The notes under the pieces: model-generated | What the model was told of the DNA's origin: nothing | The model's database searches: none | What the model saw: the letters and a program-made list of their open reading frames with translations, nothing else | Made by a program: the position numbers and the translations under genes | Part shown: piece by piece, positions 60,559 to 64,000 of the stretch | Layout: every line of letters begins with the position of its first letter | How positions within the stretch are numbered: position 1 is the stretch's first letter | DNA from: Leucoraja erinacea | Lineage: Eukaryota | Reading direction: 5' to 3' | Length of the DNA: 64,000 nucleotides | Assembly: GCF_028641065.1 (NCBI RefSeq) | Contig: NC_073383.1 | Span: forward strand, 45,136,001-45,200,000

Positions 60559-61333
60559 CAAAGAACACACAAAACCTTCCTTGGCATCCAATATCTCCAT
60601 GGCTGGTCAATGCTAGCCTCAATATCTCTTTTCTTCCCTCTGAGAGAATACATTTCTATGCATCTCAGTTTTAAATGACCAACCCCTATCTTGTAACTTT
60701 ATCCCCTTGTTCAAGATTCTCCTACTCGTGGAAACATCTCAAGCCCCCTTAGGATCTTATGTGTTTCAATAAAGTTCCACATTCATCTGAGCTTCAAGGA
60801 ATACAGACCCAAACTGTCGTGTCTCTAGAAATATAGAAACAGAAAATAGGTGCAGGAATGGCCTATTCGGCTCTTGGAGCCTGCACCGCCATTCAATATG
60901 ATCATGGCTGATCATCCAACTCAGTATCAAGGTATTGATCGATGTGGACTCTAAGGTATTAATCAATGTGGAACCAAGGTAGGTAAATTGAATTGAAATC
61001 CTAATCAGCTGCACTCAAACTGAATGCTGATAGAGGCATGAGGAGCTGAGTGTCCTACTAATGTTCTTGTATAAAGAGGTAACTAGACACTGTCAGTGAC
61101 TGTGATGCAGATCTTATCCACTGCTTTGTGTCAAGGATGTTCAGGTTTTAAGATGGATGTTATACTATTCCCATTTGATAGCTCTAAGTAGTACTACATA
61201 TATCACTGGCAATGACAATACAATTTTAAGGCTTTAGTCTAGTTAAGTAGGAACATGGTGATTTATAGTATTAACCAACCTAGATTTTGACTGCTGTGAG
61301 ATGATTTAAGGACTCTCTCTTCCTATTTCACAG

Positions 61334-61457
61334 GAAAAGGCGCTGTCATTGCTGAATCGGTTCACCCTTCCAAACTTACAGTACATGTTCATCACTTTGG
61401 CAGTCATGGGTTACCGCTCATACCCACTCTTGGATTCGTGCAGTAGCAGAATCATTG
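61334..61457 (+). CDS. FASTKD2: FASTKD2 coding exon
   Basis: EKALSLLNRFTLPNLQYMFITLAVMGYRSYPLLDSCSSRII; acceptor ttcacag, donor gtaagt. Confidence 0.93.
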
Positions 61458-62569
61458 GTAAGTTCATTCACTTTTCAAATTCTCGTCTTTGTCTTCACAC
61501 CCTTTCTAGATCTTCTTCCTCAATGTCTTTGCATTTGCTTCTAACCTATTTTCCAAGATCTCAGTGTGCCTCCAGACAAATTTCTTTGCCTGCCATTCCT
61601 GGGCATGGCTTCAGTTGCCAAGTTCTGGCATTCCCTCACCATTTTCCCCTTCGCCTGCAGGACATTTTGCAAAACCTATTGTCTGAACTAAAATTTGGTG
61701 CGTCCTTATTCCTAATATCTCCGTATGTTGCTCGATTACACAATCTGAAATACCGGGGCAATTCAACTCAGTAAAGGTTCTTTCCAGTATTCATCAATCA
61801 TTCAACAAGGATATTCATCTGTGCTTCCCATGTATGGGCATGCTGTAATATCCCAGAACAGTCTGTACTCCAATCTCCCCAGTGTACTATTGTCAAAGTT
61901 TGTTTCTTAAAAGCTGTCAACAACAAACTGGTTAAAGGTAAACCAAGCCAATCTTTAATTGATTCGTCAGACGGGAGTGGCAGGAATTACAAAGAGCACA
62001 AACGTTGCTCAGTCTGTTCCCGGGCTCCACTCATAGAACAAAGAGGAATTAGTGTAGTTATACATTTTTCTTATCAGTAAAACACACCTAGTAAGTCTGA
62101 ATATGGCATGATTGAAAGATTCTAGAGTCTTTCAGAATATAGGGAAAGCTGGGTCCAAATCAAGCTCATCCAATAGCAAGTTATTGCTTATCTCTGCAAC
62201 GTCAACCATTTTCTCCATCTTGGCTTCTTTATGGCCTTGAAAGAAGCACATGTTATTACGCAGGTTTCCATCAATGTCTTTATTAAAGAGACAGCTGTCC
62301 TCCATATTGTTTTCCATACAATTTGCAAAGTTATTCAGACTTGGCACCGAGCCATTCTTTTGTTCTACTAGACCATACGTTCTTTATAGTACGTTTCCAT
62401 TAGTAAGAAGAACGACTCCATGTTGTATTTTGTGAATTCTATTAGATTCGACTGTATTAACTCTTTCATTATCAACTAACTTCTCTTAAACTTAATTTGT
62501 AGAGGTCAAAAGCAACCTCACTGCAGATGAAGTTGAGCAATTACTGTTCTCCAAAAGGAAAGACTCAGA

Positions 62570-62880
62570 AACAAAGACAGACACAAAATTCTGGCGTAAC
62601 TCAGGGGGTCAGGCAGCATCTCTGGAGAAAAAAGATGGGTGACATTTTGGGTCTGGACCCTTCATCAGACTAAAAATAATATGGGGGTGGGGAGGGAAGG
62701 GAAAGAGCTAGAAGTGAGAAATGACCAGGGCCAATCGGGGCCGGCCATAAATGACTTCTGGCATGGCTGTGCCTGGTAGGCCCATTGTTGGCTCGTGAAG
62801 GTGCGACCTCAAGAGCAATACAATGTGGAGAACTGTGGCACTGGTAATACGACTAGGGTGGAGGAAGGGGGAGGTATTTT
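62570..62880 (-). mobile_element. Penelope-like pLTR-derived repeat
   Basis: Reverse complement contains agtctgatgaagggtccagacccaaaatgtcacccatc...gatgctgcctgacc. Confidence 0.65.
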
Positions 62881-63369
62881 ATAGGTATACACTGTGATTG
62901 TGTTTGTAGTATTTATTTTCTGGGTTTACATCCGTGATTGGGAAGTGGTTGAGTAGGTTGGGATTTTCAGCCTAATGATTTGGATTCAAACTATTTTGTG
63001 TCCACATCTCGTTATTGCCTGACTATATGAATTGGTGTGTGGGAGGGGTCACCTTTGGCCCTGGATGGAGTATAATGTCACGGGTGGATTTATCTTCCTC
63101 GTGCTCAAATCCCTGCACCCCTACAATCCTGTGAGAACATTGCATTCTTTCACATCTCTCAATTCTTTTGACCCGCATTGTTGGTTCTGTTTTCAGCTGC
63201 CTATGAATTGACTCTTCTAAATCTCTCTGTGACTCCTTCAAAGCTGTTTCTTTGCTTGAGCCAATCTATCTTCTGCGTCAGCCCGGCCCATGGTAATATT
63301 CCTGTTTTGAATATTTGAGGAACTGTTCAAGGTATGTGATATCCATAAACAGGCTTTTAATTCCTACAG

Positions 63370-63509
63370 AGAATATCCATGGCATTCCATTTTGGAGACT
63401 CGTGCACATTTTACAATCGTGCAAGGACCTCAAGTATCGGAATCCTGCTCTTCTTACTGCTGCGGGCAACCATGTAGCTTCCATGCTGTGTGTCTGGGAG
63501 GTTAAACAG
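63370..63509 (+). CDS. FASTKD2: FASTKD2 coding exon (gene continues beyond window)
   Basis: (E)NIHGIPFWRLVHILQSCKDLKYRNPALLTAAGNHVASMLCVWEVKQ; acceptor cctacag, donor gtaaga. Confidence 0.93.
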
Positions 63510-64000
63510 GTAAGACACTTCCTAGAGTTGTCTTAAGGGCCTGCCTTTCATGAGTAACCAGATAGCTATTAGAAGAGATGTAGTTCCAGGGATGTTGGGA
63601 AAGAGGTAAATTTGAAGGTGCTATTCAAGACCTAGCATGGACACAATAGGCCGAGTGGCCTCTTCTTCATCCAGGATATGATAATGTGTCTGGATTAGGC
63701 TACAGTAACTACAAAAAGAAGGACCTCCAGCAGCTGAGAAAGTCATCGAGCATAAACAGGTTAATTTAGGGTAGAGTTGGCATATACCTGGAGGCTATTC
63801 TAAGATTGGATAGGGTATATGCAGATATCCTTGTGGTGGGCTGCAGTAATCTTCCAACTGAGCCTTGTGAGCATAATCAAGAAGCACATATGCATGAGAA
63901 AAGTAGCTCCTATCATTGACGTTATCAATACCTCACCTTGAAGTTCTTGAGTGGGGAGGGATGGAAACAATAGATGTAGATAGTTCTTGGTGATTAATAT

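Overview
Eukaryotic vertebrate genomic DNA, most likely a cartilaginous fish (skate/ray-like, inferred from the repeat families and protein divergence). Two spliced host genes lie on the + strand: the last six coding exons of TSPEAR (EAR/EPTP repeats; 134-21252) and the CpG-rich promoter, 5' exon and first five coding exons of FASTKD2 (about 35340 to beyond the window end). The rest is a dense, nested transposon landscape: CR1 LINEs (one young), Rex/Babar fragments, a Hero-like RLE retroelement 3' end with a 23-bp TSD, V-SINEs, a decayed Ty3/Gypsy LTR element, PIF/Harbinger-like MITEs, a hAT-like element with a 5-bp TSD, and non-autonomous Helitrons. Most interesting signals: (1) Helitron head-to-tail units whose TCTAG junction serves as both 3' end and next 5' start; (2) about ten dispersed Penelope-like short repeats with a minimal hammerhead-ribozyme-like core; (3) a chain of overlapping uORFs (TAATG, then ATGA) leading into the FASTKD2 start codon; (4) a ~1.35-kb inverted MITE pair directly upstream of the FASTKD2 promoter. 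Two N gaps and poly-G/C tracts mark locally unreliable assembly. Family names come from motif recognition, not database searches.
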